Shown here: piece after piece, positions 9,082 through 18,487 of the stretch | Layout of the letters: each line of letters begins with the position of its first letter | Position numbering within the stretch: the stretch's first letter is position 1 | Virus record (IMG/VR): IMGVR_UViG_3300032782_000002 | From: a virus | Lineage: Duplodnaviria > Caudoviricetes | DNA: 64,000 bases | Direction: 5' to 3' (one strand) | Translations under genes and position numbers: made by a program | The notes under the pieces: model-generated | Told to the model about the DNA's origin: nothing | Seen by the model: only the letters and a program-made list of their open reading frames with translations | Database searches by the model: none

Positions 9082-9414
9082 TCAGGCGAAGCGGCCGGTC
9101 TTCGGATCGCGGTAGCGCGAACCGACGCGCGTGCGACGAGCGCGGGCGCGGATCTTCTGCTGCTTCTTGCCCCAGCGGCGCTTGCGGTCGCCGAACGTGC
9201 TGCGCGGGCCGGCGCTGCTCTCGCGCAACGGCTCGGCCTGGACGCGATGACGCCCGACGTGCCAGCGCTTGGCCATGCGCTTGGCGACCACCTCGGCATC
9301 GCTCGGGACGGTGCCCGGGATGTCGACGGTGCGGCCGACCGTGTGCAGCGGGAATTCCGTGCGGCCGGTACGGCGGTTGTGCCCGCCGTGGTGGATGTAG
9401 ACGCGCCACTTCAC
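9082..9414 (-). CDS. Arg-rich small protein
   Basis: Ends RDPKTGRFA; contains FGD. Confidence 0.6.
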   Translation of the reverse strand: MKWRVYIHHGGHNRRTGRTEFPLHTVGRTVDIPGTVPSDAEVVAKRMAKRWHVGRHRVQAEPLRESSAGPRSTFGDRKRRWGKKQQKIRARARRTRVGSRYRDPKTGRFA

Positions 9415-9416
9415 GG

Positions 9417-9899
9417 CTAGCGCGCCCTCGTGTAGCGGCCGGTGCGCGGGTTGCGGCGCGCGCGACGATGGCCACGAGCGCGGCTGGCCGCCGCGGGAGC
9501 CGGCGCGGGAGCCGGAGCGGTGCCGACCACCGGCGGTCCGTCGTCGCCGTACGCCGCGCGGCGCAGGTGCGAGAGGCTGCCGAGGGCGTTCTTGTACATG
9601 TGGTGCTCGGGATGGCCCTTGCGATGCGCGCCGCGGCGGCGCAGCGATCCGACCATCCGCTCCCAGCGCCGCGCCTCTGCGGCGTGGTAGCGAGAGCGGG
9701 TCGCGCGTCCGTAGCGGTTGCCGAAGTTGCCGTGGGCGGCGACTTCCTTGGCGACGTAGGCGCGGAACCGAGCGGCGTTGAAGCGCGGGTTCTGCGCCTG
9801 CAGCGTCGGAATCCAGCGGTCGATCTCTTCCTCGCGACGCGCCTTGTCGCGGATGGCAGCCAGGGTCTCGGCGACAGCGATGAAGTGCTTTTTCGTCAT
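9417..9899 (-). CDS. Arg-rich protein with N-terminal MTKKHF...NPRFNAARF phage module
   Basis: Ends RRNPRTGRYTRAR; start may be 9908. Confidence 0.55.
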   Translation of the reverse strand: MTKKHFIAVAETLAAIRDKARREEEIDRWIPTLQAQNPRFNAARFRAYVAKEVAAHGNFGNRYGRATRSRYHAAEARRWERMVGSLRRRGAHRKGHPEHHMYKNALGSLSHLRRAAYGDDGPPVVGTAPAPAPAPAAASRARGHRRARRNPRTGRYTRAR

Positions 9900-9965
9900 C
9901 CCGCTCATTGCACAGCAGATGCTACCACCCGCACTTGCAGCGGCCAACCACCACGCACGCATCGT

Positions 9966-9984
9966 TTGATTAGATCCCAATCAA
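9966..9984. promoter_or_regulatory. Palindromic AT box TTGATT-N7-AATCAA
   Basis: Perfect 6-bp arms; same family as the 2853/3956 boxes. Confidence 0.6.
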
Positions 9985-10541
9985 GCGAACTTCGCTTTGA
10001 GCAGGTCGTAGTAGTGGTTCACCTCGGCCATCTTGGCCGTGTCGCCGCCGCGATCGGGATGGTGACGCAGCACGAGCCGCCGATGCGCGCGTGTCAGCTC
10101 TTCGAGCGTGTAGCTCGTCGTCAGGCCGAACATGGAGCGCGCGGCGGCCAGCGCCTCGCTCTCGGGCGCCGGGCCGATCGTGATGTGTCCCGCCAATCGG
10201 CCACCGTCGTACTCGTTGGTGAAGTGCACCTGCACGAAGCTGCCTGCCGGCATGAAGATCCCGTTGACGGCGACGCGACCGGGCACGGTGCGCGAACGCA
10301 GGACCTGCTGGCCGTCAACGTAGATCTGCACGACGCCCGGCACCGCACACTGGAACTCGACGCGCGCCACCTGGGTGGCCTCGCTGCGGTAATCGAAGAG
10401 AGTGAGCGTGCCCTGACACTGCAGCGGGATGTTGAAGCTGACGGTGCGTGTGCCGCCCGTGCTGCTCGGCGGCGGTGGCGGAGGGGGCGGTGGCGGCGGG
10501 CCGGCGCGACGTGCTCGCGCGCGGCGGTTGTCGTAGACCAT
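9981..10541 (-). CDS. DnaJ (J-domain) protein with polyproline linker and beta domain
   Basis: C-terminal AHRRLVLRHHPDRGGDTAKMAEVNHYYDLL with the HPD motif. Confidence 0.8.
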   Translation of the reverse strand: MVYDNRRARARRAGPPPPPPPPPPPSSTGGTRTVSFNIPLQCQGTLTLFDYRSEATQVARVEFQCAVPGVVQIYVDGQQVLRSRTVPGRVAVNGIFMPAGSFVQVHFTNEYDGGRLAGHITIGPAPESEALAAARSMFGLTTSYTLEELTRAHRRLVLRHHPDRGGDTAKMAEVNHYYDLLKAKFA

Positions 10542-10544
10542 GAC

Positions 10545-11351
10545 CTACCTCACGAGGTGCCCGTCGAAGCCAGCGGGGAAGTGGCGGCGCGGGATTCCGG
10601 GGCGCGCGGCGCCCGCGAAGATCAGATGGCGTGGCGGATCGCGCAGGCCCGCACGCCACCACGCCGGATCGGTCAGGTCGTCGGCACGGAACTTCTCCCA
10701 ACCGAGCACCGTCTCACGCATGTACTGATCGTCGGCGTCGTCGCGGCCGCCGCCTCCGCCCGTCGAGCCGATGGAAGTGTCGACACGCACGATGGTGGGG
10801 ACTGGATGCCATGCGCGCATGCGGTGGTAGACCATCCACGCATCGAGCAGATCGTCCTCGCTCGTGCGGTAGACGTACTCGGGCAGGAGCGTCGCGCGCC
10901 AGCGCAGGAAGTGCGCGAGCATCGAGACGTGCATCGCGTAGCCGACCCCGACGCACGACGCGGTCGTGATGAAGCGCTCGCCGGCACGCGACGCGTCGAG
11001 CGCGCCGGGGTGGTGCAGATGCAACCCCACCAGCTCGTAGGGGACCACCGACAGGATGGCGCGAATCGCATCCCAGAAGAACGGCGGCACCGCGGTGTCG
11101 TCCTGCAGGAACACGCAGTGCCCGACGCCGTTCGACAGCTCCAGCGCGCGCGACCACATGCGCTCGCTCCAGACGCTGACGTGCACGCGATCGGTCATCT
11201 CGAACAGCGTGCAGTCCCTCGGCGCCGGCACGAGCCGCTCGCGCAGCCGCCCCATCGACGCCGCGCGCTCGGCGATCCATGGCGTGTGGCTGATGCCGAC
11301 GACTACCACGGGCTCACCCGCGCGACGGCCGACGGCTGCGAAGCACGACAC
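10545..11351 (-). CDS. GT-A-fold glycosyltransferase-like protein
   Basis: HCVFLQDD motif and a later SEDD; paralogue of 11527-12342. Confidence 0.6.
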   Translation of the reverse strand: MSCFAAVGRRAGEPVVVVGISHTPWIAERAASMGRLRERLVPAPRDCTLFEMTDRVHVSVWSERMWSRALELSNGVGHCVFLQDDTAVPPFFWDAIRAILSVVPYELVGLHLHHPGALDASRAGERFITTASCVGVGYAMHVSMLAHFLRWRATLLPEYVYRTSEDDLLDAWMVYHRMRAWHPVPTIVRVDTSIGSTGGGGGRDDADDQYMRETVLGWEKFRADDLTDPAWWRAGLRDPPRHLIFAGAARPGIPRRHFPAGFDGHLVR

Positions 11352-11508
11352 GTGTGCCGTCCGTGAGCCGCACCGTCCGGACCGTGTAGCCCCGCGAGCG
11401 GAGCGACCGGATGCGCGCCCGGCTCTGCGCCTTGGTGAGCCGCTCCGGACGGCGGCCGCGCCGCTTCCACCAGACCGTCACGGCGCTGATGATCGCGAGG
11501 GTGATCAC
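11314..11508 (-). CDS. Small membrane-anchored basic protein
   Basis: N-terminal hydrophobic helix followed by an Arg-rich tail. Confidence 0.4.
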   Translation of the reverse strand: MITLAIISAVTVWWKRRGRRPERLTKAQSRARIRSLRSRGYTVRTVRLTDGTRVVLRSRRPSRG

Positions 11509-11526
11509 ACCCCACAGCGTACTCCA

Positions 11527-12342
11527 TCAGCCCGCCTTGAAGAAGCGAGCGTACTCCGCCGGGCACTCGTCGGTTTCCACCGCGTAGAACCGGTCGAAGC
11601 TCGGCACGACCATGCGCGCCGCCCAGTGGGTCTTGCCGTACTGGCGACCCAGATGGACGCACGGGCCGCCCCAGAACTTGTGGTGGAGCATGTCCTCGAT
11701 CTTCCACCCGCAGATGTCGCCGTCGCTCCAGATGACGCGAGGGCGGCCTGCCGTCTGATCGGCGTTGGTCGATGCGATGCGCGTCTCGTGATCGATGACA
11801 GTCGGGATCGGGTGCAGGATGCGGCGGTCGGTGGAGACCGCCCAGACGTTGATGTGGCTGTCCTCGCTCAGCTCCTGGGCGGCGCCCGAACGCAGGTGGA
11901 CCGGGCGCCACGCTAGAAACGCACGCAGCGCGTCGGTCGGGAAGACGTAGCCGAGGCCGATGAGCCCATCGGCCGTCGAGGCCCAGCGGACACTCTTGCG
12001 CGCGAGCGTCATGGTTGCGGGGTGGATGCAGTGCAGCGAGATGACGTCGCGCGACCGCGCCGAGACCATCGCTGCCAGCGCCTCCCAGAAGCGCGGCATC
12101 GCGACGGCGTCGTCCTGCAGGAACACGACGTGCGATGCGCTCTGCTCGGCACCCCAGCGCCACTGGTTCTCGCTCCAGAGCCACCACGGCGCGCGCTGGC
12201 TCTCCTCGTGGTAGGCCACAGCGTGATCGCACCGGTCGCCATGAACGCCGAGGGCGGTGCGCAGCAGAGACATGGAGTGCGCCCTGGCGGGGATCCAGGG
12301 GCAGTGAGTGATGCTCAGCGCGAAGCTGCGATCGTCATGCAA
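11527..12342 (-). CDS. GT-A-fold glycosyltransferase-like protein
   Basis: HVVFLQDD, SEDS; aligns with 10545-11351; TTG start inferred. Confidence 0.6.
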   Translation of the reverse strand: MHDDRSFALSITHCPWIPARAHSMSLLRTALGVHGDRCDHAVAYHEESQRAPWWLWSENQWRWGAEQSASHVVFLQDDAVAMPRFWEALAAMVSARSRDVISLHCIHPATMTLARKSVRWASTADGLIGLGYVFPTDALRAFLAWRPVHLRSGAAQELSEDSHINVWAVSTDRRILHPIPTVIDHETRIASTNADQTAGRPRVIWSDGDICGWKIEDMLHHKFWGGPCVHLGRQYGKTHWAARMVVPSFDRFYAVETDECPAEYARFFKAG

Positions 12343-14329
12343 GAAGCACCTCTTTCCATCTAGGTAGCAGCGCGCTCGCACGCCTGTCGGGCACGCGCCC
12401 GGACGGCACGGTCCATTCATCCGGATGCCGGTACGCCTCCACGAACCGCTCGACGAACTCGCCCGCATCGCGCGTGAGCAGCGAGCAGCCCGCCAGCGTC
12501 TCGGGCAACGCGCCTGGATCGGCGAGCGTAAGCACGTGACAGCGTGCACCGAGCGCGAATGCAGTCGACGCGATGATACAGTTGTGCACGACGATCTCCT
12601 CGGCGATGAAGTTGTGCAGCCCCTCTACCTCCATGTCATAGACCGGGCCGCCTGCAATGCGGCGCACCGCCACCACACGATGGTTGCGCGGACCACGATG
12701 CGCACGGGCATGTGCGGCAGCGGCGCGCTTAGTCTCAAGATACGTCGGATCCTCGGCGAGCAGCCGACGATGCTCAGCTTGTGCCGCCTGTATATTCGCA
12801 CTGAGCCGCTCAGCACGACGCGCGGCGTACGCAGGATCCTTCATACGCTCAGCGATCGTCGCGCGCCACTTCGCCACACGGCGCGCCTCGAACGCGGCGC
12901 GCTCCTGCGGCGTCATCAGCTCTCTACGAGCGTGCGCTGCCGCACCGCCCTGCGAGGCGAACTCGATGCGCTCGGCAGCAGTCTTCGCCTGCATTCGCGC
13001 ATGCGATGCCGCGCCCGACAAACGGCGATGCGGGCCACTGATCATCTTGCCCGCGTGGGTCTTGCGGAAGTGATCAGCCTGGCTCATTACCGTCAGCATC
13101 TCGGGACGGTTGTCGAGACGGATAGGGTCGGTGTGATCGACATGCTCATCGGACCGCAGCGTGCGCCCGGCCATCCACTCGCCCACCAGTCGGTGCTCGT
13201 CACGCCACCGACCATCACCGTCTTGAATCGCAACGTTGTAACGGTAGTTGAGCGCGAGCAACCGCTGCCCCGGATGGATGTCACCGGCAGCTACCCACTC
13301 GCGATCGTACGTCATCACGAGGTGATCGGGCGTCACCCGCAACGTCGCGCCGCTGTCGAGATCAAGCGCGACCATCTCATCGGCGATCTTGCTCTGCCAT
13401 ACACGGCTGCACGTCGCGATCTTGAAGCGGTTAGCCGCAGTGTCATAGGCCCACACCGGGAAACCGCTCTTGCCGACAAGGTCTGCGATACGCGCTGTCG
13501 GCGGTCCACCGCGATGATCGCCGGGGATGGATACGCGAGTGTCCGGGTGGAGGCAGTGGGTCTCGGGGAACGAGTTGACGTAGAAGAGGCCCCCGGCGCC
13601 CCGCAGCGCTGCGATCACCCCGCGCCCGGTCAGCTGGCCAATCCACTCGATGCCGAGCTTCTGCATGCGCTCGGTCTCGGCCGCGGAGGGCTTGTCGTAG
13701 CCGTTGGTGGCCACGAGCAGGCGCGTCGTGCGCACCTCGGGGAAGTGGTCGCGGATGAGCGCGTAGGTGTCGATGGTTTCGGGCAGTCCCTTGACCGCGG
13801 CCGACGCGTAGACGAACACGTCCGGATCGCGCGCACCCGACTCGTAGCACTCGTCGAGCAACATCGGCGCGATGACATGGCACGACCAGACACCGCTGCG
13901 TCGATAGTGCGTCGAGTCGGCGTCGAGCGCCCGCACCTTGTCCGCAAGCCACGACGACACACAGACAGCCTCCGCACCCTCACCAAGCCATCTACGCTGA
14001 TGCGCGAACATCCAGCGCTCCGGGATGTCGTGAAGCGAGAACGCAAGCCGCTTGTGTTCGATGGGGGGCACGCGGCTCCAGCGAGATACGACGAGCGCCT
14101 GGCAAGACAGCTTCTCCTCGAAGGCGCGCGCGATGTGGCCGTACTCCACGCTGCCCTGCCGCCAGCTGCCATCGAGACGGCTGAGCACCAGCACGCGCAA
14201 TCCCTCACCCGCAAGCGCCTCGGCGAGCAGCATGAGCGTCCACTCGACCCCGCCCAGCCCCTTGTCCTGGGCAATCCGGGGCGAGAAGCCGGTGCTGCAG
14301 TCGTCGAAGAGGATGACGTCGTAGTTCAC
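12335..14329 (-). CDS. GT-B (GT4-like) glycosyltransferase containing an intein
   Basis: GLGGVE N-terminal motif, FVYASAAVKGL, FYVNSFPETH|C; GTG start overlaps upstream TGA. Confidence 0.75.
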   Translation of the reverse strand: MNYDVILFDDCSTGFSPRIAQDKGLGGVEWTLMLLAEALAGEGLRVLVLSRLDGSWRQGSVEYGHIARAFEEKLSCQALVVSRWSRVPPIEHKRLAFSLHDIPERWMFAHQRRWLGEGAEAVCVSSWLADKVRALDADSTHYRRSGVWSCHVIAPMLLDECYESGARDPDVFVYASAAVKGLPETIDTYALIRDHFPEVRTTRLLVATNGYDKPSAAETERMQKLGIEWIGQLTGRGVIAALRGAGGLFYVNSFPETHCLHPDTRVSIPGDHRGGPPTARIADLVGKSGFPVWAYDTAANRFKIATCSRVWQSKIADEMVALDLDSGATLRVTPDHLVMTYDREWVAAGDIHPGQRLLALNYRYNVAIQDGDGRWRDEHRLVGEWMAGRTLRSDEHVDHTDPIRLDNRPEMLTVMSQADHFRKTHAGKMISGPHRRLSGAASHARMQAKTAAERIEFASQGGAAAHARRELMTPQERAAFEARRVAKWRATIAERMKDPAYAARRAERLSANIQAAQAEHRRLLAEDPTYLETKRAAAAHARAHRGPRNHRVVAVRRIAGGPVYDMEVEGLHNFIAEEIVVHNCIIASTAFALGARCHVLTLADPGALPETLAGCSLLTRDAGEFVERFVEAYRHPDEWTVPSGRVPDRRASALLPRWKEVLLA
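12581..13555 (-). mobile_element. Intein with HNH homing endonuclease (325 aa)
   Basis: Starts CLHPDT, block B LRVTPDH, HNH (HVDH...DNRPEML...H), ends VYDMEVEGLHNFIAEEIVVHN|C. Confidence 0.9.
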
Positions 14330-14982
14330 GGCACGGGCATCACGTAGCGGCCGCCCTTGTTCAGGGCGCGCGAGCGCACCCACACCTGCAGCCCGACGTC
14401 GACGGCGACGTGCGTGCTCTTGAAGAGGCGCAGATCGGCCGCGCGGCAGATCTCTTCGAGCATCGGGCGGTCCTTCTCACGGCGCCAGGCGAACAGGCAC
14501 ACCGCCACATCGGACAGGAACGGGTAGTCGGTGAGCACCTCCAGCTCGTGACCCTCAGCGGAGACCTTGATCAGATCGGCGTGCGGCAGCTTGCTCGGAT
14601 GCAGCGCCGGCACCTCGATCACCTCGCCGCTGCGCGGGTTGAGGGTGGGATCGAGCGACGTGCCGCTCCAGTCCGATCCCACGTAGAGCTTGGTGGGCCC
14701 CTCGCGCGGCGTCACCGCAACCTCGTGCACGACGCAGCCCGGCGGCGCGTTGAGCGCACACACCGCGGCGGCTCCCGGGTGCGGCTCGTAGCAATCGATG
14801 AAAGCGCCGGTGCGCTTGTAGATCCAGCACGCGAAAGCACCGACGTTGGCGCCGATGTCGAGCGCGCGCCGGATGGGCTGCTCGTCAGGAAGCCTTGGCC
14901 AGTCGTACTCGCCCCCGAGCACCTTTCTTACGGACCCGGCCAGTGTCGGCGGGTACTGGAACGGCACGACGCCGTCGAGCAT
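14326..14982 (-). CDS. FkbM-family SAM methyltransferase
   Basis: LDIGANVGAF, YEPHP, LIKVSAEGHE; start may be as far up as 15057. Confidence 0.8.
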   Translation of the reverse strand: MLDGVVPFQYPPTLAGSVRKVLGGEYDWPRLPDEQPIRRALDIGANVGAFACWIYKRTGAFIDCYEPHPGAAAVCALNAPPGCVVHEVAVTPREGPTKLYVGSDWSGTSLDPTLNPRSGEVIEVPALHPSKLPHADLIKVSAEGHELEVLTDYPFLSDVAVCLFAWRREKDRPMLEEICRAADLRLFKSTHVAVDVGLQVWVRSRALNKGGRYVMPVP

Positions 14983-16357
14983 CAGGTTTGCGAGCGTCGG
15001 CGGCAGGTTTGCGGTCACGGCGCTTGGGATTGTCCCGCCTGCTGGATTGAGAGTCAATCAGAGTTGAGATGGCGTCTATCAACCGTCCTGACGACACGAC
15101 GTTCGCGAAGCCTGCCGTCTTGGCTTCGGCCGCGCGCGCCTTGGTGTCCACGACGCCTCGCAGACGCCCAGTGAGATCGATCTCGCCCCACGCACACATG
15201 TCCGCGGGCAGCGGCACGCCCTTGATGGCGCTCACGATGGCGAGTGCCACCGGCGCTTCGAGGCCGCGGTCGCTCACGTCCAGATCGCCGCAGACGTTGA
15301 CGGTGACGTCGACGTCGCTCGTGTCGACGTCGGCTCTCTGCGCCAGGACTTCGAGTACGAGGCGCACGCGATCGGCGGGGATGCCGCTCACGACCACGCG
15401 CGGCGGGTGCGCGAGCTTGCCCGTCTTCTCGTTGGTCTCGATGATGCTCGTCAGCGCCTGCACCTCGACGAGGACGGGTGCGGTACCTGCCTTGGCGGCC
15501 GTGCCCTTCCAGCCCTCGACGAGCACGACACCCACGCAGCTGCCGATCTCGCCAGCCACACGATCGGCGAGCAGATGGCTCGACGCGTCGGGCACGTCCA
15601 CCAGCCCCTGATCCTCGGTCATCCGCAGGAAGCGCACGCGCTCGGGGCCGTAGCGGTTCTTGCCACTCGACAGCACACGCAGCCCCTGGCCGTACTCGCG
15701 GCTCAGATGGAGCGTGGCGTCGACCCAGTGCTCGGTGGCCATGACGCCCGAGACGTCGCCGTCCTTGTTGATGTGGCCGATGAGCAGCCACGTCGTGCCA
15801 GTCTCGTGGGCATGCTCGGCGAGCTTGTGCGCGATCTCGTCGATGGGCTCCCCGCTGCGCTGCGAGAGCCCCTGGAGGCTGTCGAGGATCGCGATCTCGG
15901 CGCCGGCCACCCGCTCGATCAGCTCATCGACCGACTCGGCGGTCACTCCGCGTACGTGGCTCATGTCGAGCCCCAGGCGCATGGAGAGCGCGCCGATGAA
16001 GTCCTCACCGGGCTCCAAGAACGCGTAGATGACGCGCCTGCGGCGGCTCAGATGGACGGCCGTCTGGATGAGCAGGGTGCTCTTGCCGGCGCCGGGATCG
16101 CCGGTGAAGAGGTAGCAGATGCCCCGCACGATCCCGGGGCCGCTGGAGGCCACCTCGTTCAGGCCCACGATGGGCGTGGTCATGTAGTGGGGACGCTTGC
16201 CGGCACCGTCCCCCATGCCGATGGGCAGCGCCAGACCCCGCGCGCGGGCCTGCTCGATCGTGATGAGCGTCGAGTAGTTCCCGCAACTCGGACACCGCGA
16301 GCGGAACTTGATCCGCAGCTCGCCGCATACCGTACAGAGGAACCGCGGGGGCTTCAC
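14885..16357 (-). CDS. radA: RadA/Sms DNA recombination ATPase
   Basis: N-terminal C4 finger (CTVC...CPSC), Walker A GDPGAGKST, ILDSLQ, KNRYG, Lon-like C-domain (PVLVEVQAL, GEIDLTG). Confidence 0.9.
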   Translation of the reverse strand: MKPPRFLCTVCGELRIKFRSRCPSCGNYSTLITIEQARARGLALPIGMGDGAGKRPHYMTTPIVGLNEVASSGPGIVRGICYLFTGDPGAGKSTLLIQTAVHLSRRRRVIYAFLEPGEDFIGALSMRLGLDMSHVRGVTAESVDELIERVAGAEIAILDSLQGLSQRSGEPIDEIAHKLAEHAHETGTTWLLIGHINKDGDVSGVMATEHWVDATLHLSREYGQGLRVLSSGKNRYGPERVRFLRMTEDQGLVDVPDASSHLLADRVAGEIGSCVGVVLVEGWKGTAAKAGTAPVLVEVQALTSIIETNEKTGKLAHPPRVVVSGIPADRVRLVLEVLAQRADVDTSDVDVTVNVCGDLDVSDRGLEAPVALAIVSAIKGVPLPADMCAWGEIDLTGRLRGVVDTKARAAEAKTAGFANVVSSGRLIDAISTLIDSQSSRRDNPKRRDRKPAADARKPDARRRRAVPVPADTGRVRKKGARGRVRLAKAS

Positions 16358-16394
16358 GTCGGCCCAGCATGCGCACGGGCCGATACGAAGTCAA

Positions 16395-16844
16395 TCAGCC
16401 GCCGGTGGCGGTGAAGACCTCGGTGGTCGAATACACCGGCGAGAAGCTCTCGCTGCCCGTGTACTGCACCTGGATGTTGTAGGCGCCCGGCGACGGGAAG
16501 ACCTCGGAAGCCAGCACGAAGTTTGCGGCGCCCTCCGCGAGGGTCGCCTGGCTGTACTCGGTGCCGTTGATGTAGAGGACGGCCGTCCCCTTGGGCGTGG
16601 CGGGTACGTCGGGGTTGCCCGAGGACACGGTCACGTGCGCGGTGGTGCCGGAGCTACCGCTCGTGGGCATGAGCGACAGCGTGATGTCGGTCATGTCGGG
16701 GACGTACAGGGGGCCGAAGCCGCCCACGTAGATCTCGGAGCCGTCCGAGAGCTGGGCCATCATGCCGAGCCCATTGAGCTTCATCGTGCGGCCGTCGGGC
16801 AGTGCCAGCACACCCTTGCCCTGGTTGATGTTGACGGTGATCAC
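16395..16844 (-). CDS. Ig-like (Big_3-type) domain protein
   Basis: P.GT..LYING...ATL..G.A...GAYNI.VQYTGSESF pattern. Confidence 0.65.
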   Translation of the reverse strand: MITVNINQGKGVLALPDGRTMKLNGLGMMAQLSDGSEIYVGGFGPLYVPDMTDITLSLMPTSGSSGTTAHVTVSSGNPDVPATPKGTAVLYINGTEYSQATLAEGAANFVLASEVFPSPGAYNIQVQYTGSESFSPVYSTTEVFTATGG

Positions 16845-16968
16845 GGAGTCCTTGTGGAGCTGGTTGTGCGCGTGGCGCGCGTCTTCTTCGCCTTCTTCTG
16901 CTTGTCGGCCTGCGCCTTACGGCTCGCCCCCGGAGCGCAGCGCATGCACAGGTGCCTCGTCTTGGCCA

Positions 16969-17133
16969 TCAGTCCTCTCCATCCACGACCATCCGAAAGA
17001 ACTTCTTGAGCAGATCGCCCTTGGGTGTCGTGGCGACCTTGACGGCGAACTTGACCACCTTGGCCGCGCCATTGGCGGCTGCGTGCAGGTCGCGATCCAG
17101 TTTCTCGTTCAGATCACGGCGATCCTGGGGCAC
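16969..17133 (-). CDS. Hypothetical 54 aa protein
   Basis: GAGGAGG RBS with GTG start; TGATG overlap to a further short basic ORF ending near 16841. Confidence 0.45.
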   Translation of the reverse strand: MPQDRRDLNEKLDRDLHAAANGAAKVVKFAVKVATTPKGDLLKKFFRMVVDGED

Positions 17134-17145
17134 GGCGGGACCTCC

Positions 17146-17616
17146 TCAGACGCTGACGTCGCGGCTCTGGCGAAGAAGCTCGGCCAGCTCACGGCTGTCG
17201 ACGTGCTCGACGACGAGGCCCGAGCCGCGCCCGGCATCGCGCTCGTTCTGCCAGAACGCCAGGTCCTCGGCGAGCTTGTTGCGGACGCGCACGTACGCCG
17301 GCTCCTGGCTCTTCCAGACCGTCTTGCTCAGCAGCACGCACGCTTCCTTGAGCGCGCCCTTGAGGCCGTCGTCGCTGCGCTCACGCAGCGGCACGCGAAC
17401 CGACGCGAGCACGAAGACGTGGCCCCCGCACTTGCTGCTCCACCCGGGCGGCTCGCTCGTGGACTCGTAGAAGCCCCAGCCGACGTAGCGCTCGGTCGTG
17501 GGATCGATGCCGATGAGGCAGAAGACGTCGACGAAGTCGGGGATCTTGCCGGCGAGGCGCAGCGGCCAGCTCTCGCTCAGCTCCTTGGTGATGAGGCTCG
17601 GGGCGGCGTTCATCAC
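17146..17616 (-). CDS. Hypothetical protein
   Basis: 156 aa ORF coupled to the upstream stop. Confidence 0.5.
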   Translation of the reverse strand: MMNAAPSLITKELSESWPLRLAGKIPDFVDVFCLIGIDPTTERYVGWGFYESTSEPPGWSSKCGGHVFVLASVRVPLRERSDDGLKGALKEACVLLSKTVWKSQEPAYVRVRNKLAEDLAFWQNERDAGRGSGLVVEHVDSRELAELLRQSRDVSV

Positions 17617-18239
17617 TGCGCCGCCGTGGCCGTGTTGTAGCGCTGGAAGATCGCGAACGCCTGCTGGACCGGCGCGAGCCCCGACGACTGCGCCGCCTGC
17701 TGCAGCGAGCCGTAGGTGGTGTTGAACTGGGTCTGGGTCGGGTTGTCGATGTACTGCAGCAGCGCCGCGTGCGTGATCTGCTCGTAGAGGCCGCCGTAGG
17801 AGTCGCCAGGGAAGGGCGAGGGCAGCGTCGCGAGCAGCTGCTGGGCGTCGGCCTGCGCCTGCAGCAGCACCGAGGGCTGCGTGGCAGGGGCAGTCCGCGT
17901 GGGCTGGCGCGTGGCCGCCATCGTGATCGGCAGCAGCACCTCGCCGGGCTTGCCGGGGATCGGTACGGCATGGGCGAGCGCCATGGCGCTGACGGCCACG
18001 CGCGCGGCGGCGGGAAGGTACACGCCGCCGGTCGGTGTCGCCGTGGGAGCCGACGTCGCAGCCGGGGCCGTCGCCTCGGCAGACGCCGAAGCCGGTGTGG
18101 TGGCGGCAGCCGACGGGGTGGCGGCAGCCGCAGCGGCCGTGCGCTTGCGGTACTCGTAGTAGACGATCCCGGCGACGAGCCCGACGACGGGCACACCGAC
18201 GAGCACCGGCAGGGGGATGGCAGCGAGCGAAAACGTCAT
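17613..18239 (-). CDS. Membrane-anchored Ala/Thr/Pro-rich protein
   Basis: N-terminus MTFSLAAIPLPVLVGVPVV followed by a TM segment. Confidence 0.65.
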   Translation of the reverse strand: MTFSLAAIPLPVLVGVPVVGLVAGIVYYEYRKRTAAAAAATPSAAATTPASASAEATAPAATSAPTATPTGGVYLPAAARVAVSAMALAHAVPIPGKPGEVLLPITMAATRQPTRTAPATQPSVLLQAQADAQQLLATLPSPFPGDSYGGLYEQITHAALLQYIDNPTQTQFNTTYGSLQQAAQSSGLAPVQQAFAIFQRYNTATAAQ

Positions 18240-18250
18240 GACGGGGGTCC

Positions 18251-18481
18251 CTACGCGTGCATGGGGAGGATGACGATGTGCGGATGCCCGGAGGTCGGTG
18301 CGGCCACGCCCGTTCCTCCTGCCGGCGGCGCGGCGGGCGCGGTCGCGACGACCGGCGGCAGCGCCGCGGCGGCTGCGGCCTGGCGGTGCTTGTACACCTC
18401 GTAGGCCACCACCCCGCCCACGAGGAGGACGGGGACCGCCACGAGGACGGGGGTCGGAATCGCTGCCAACGAGAAGGTCAT
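18251..18481 (-). CDS. Short membrane protein with the same N-terminus as 17613-18239
   Basis: MTFSLAAIPTPVLVAVPVL; AGGAG RBS. Confidence 0.65.
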   Translation of the reverse strand: MTFSLAAIPTPVLVAVPVLLVGGVVAYEVYKHRQAAAAAALPPVVATAPAAPPAGGTGVAAPTSGHPHIVILPMHA

Positions 18482-18487
18482 GGTCTC

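Noticed and set aside
14885-16357. RadA as a packaging ATPase or as a sign of host chromosome
   Set aside because: KNRYG, C4 finger and Lon-like domain identify RadA rather than FtsK/A32; neighbours are viral-type, not housekeeping
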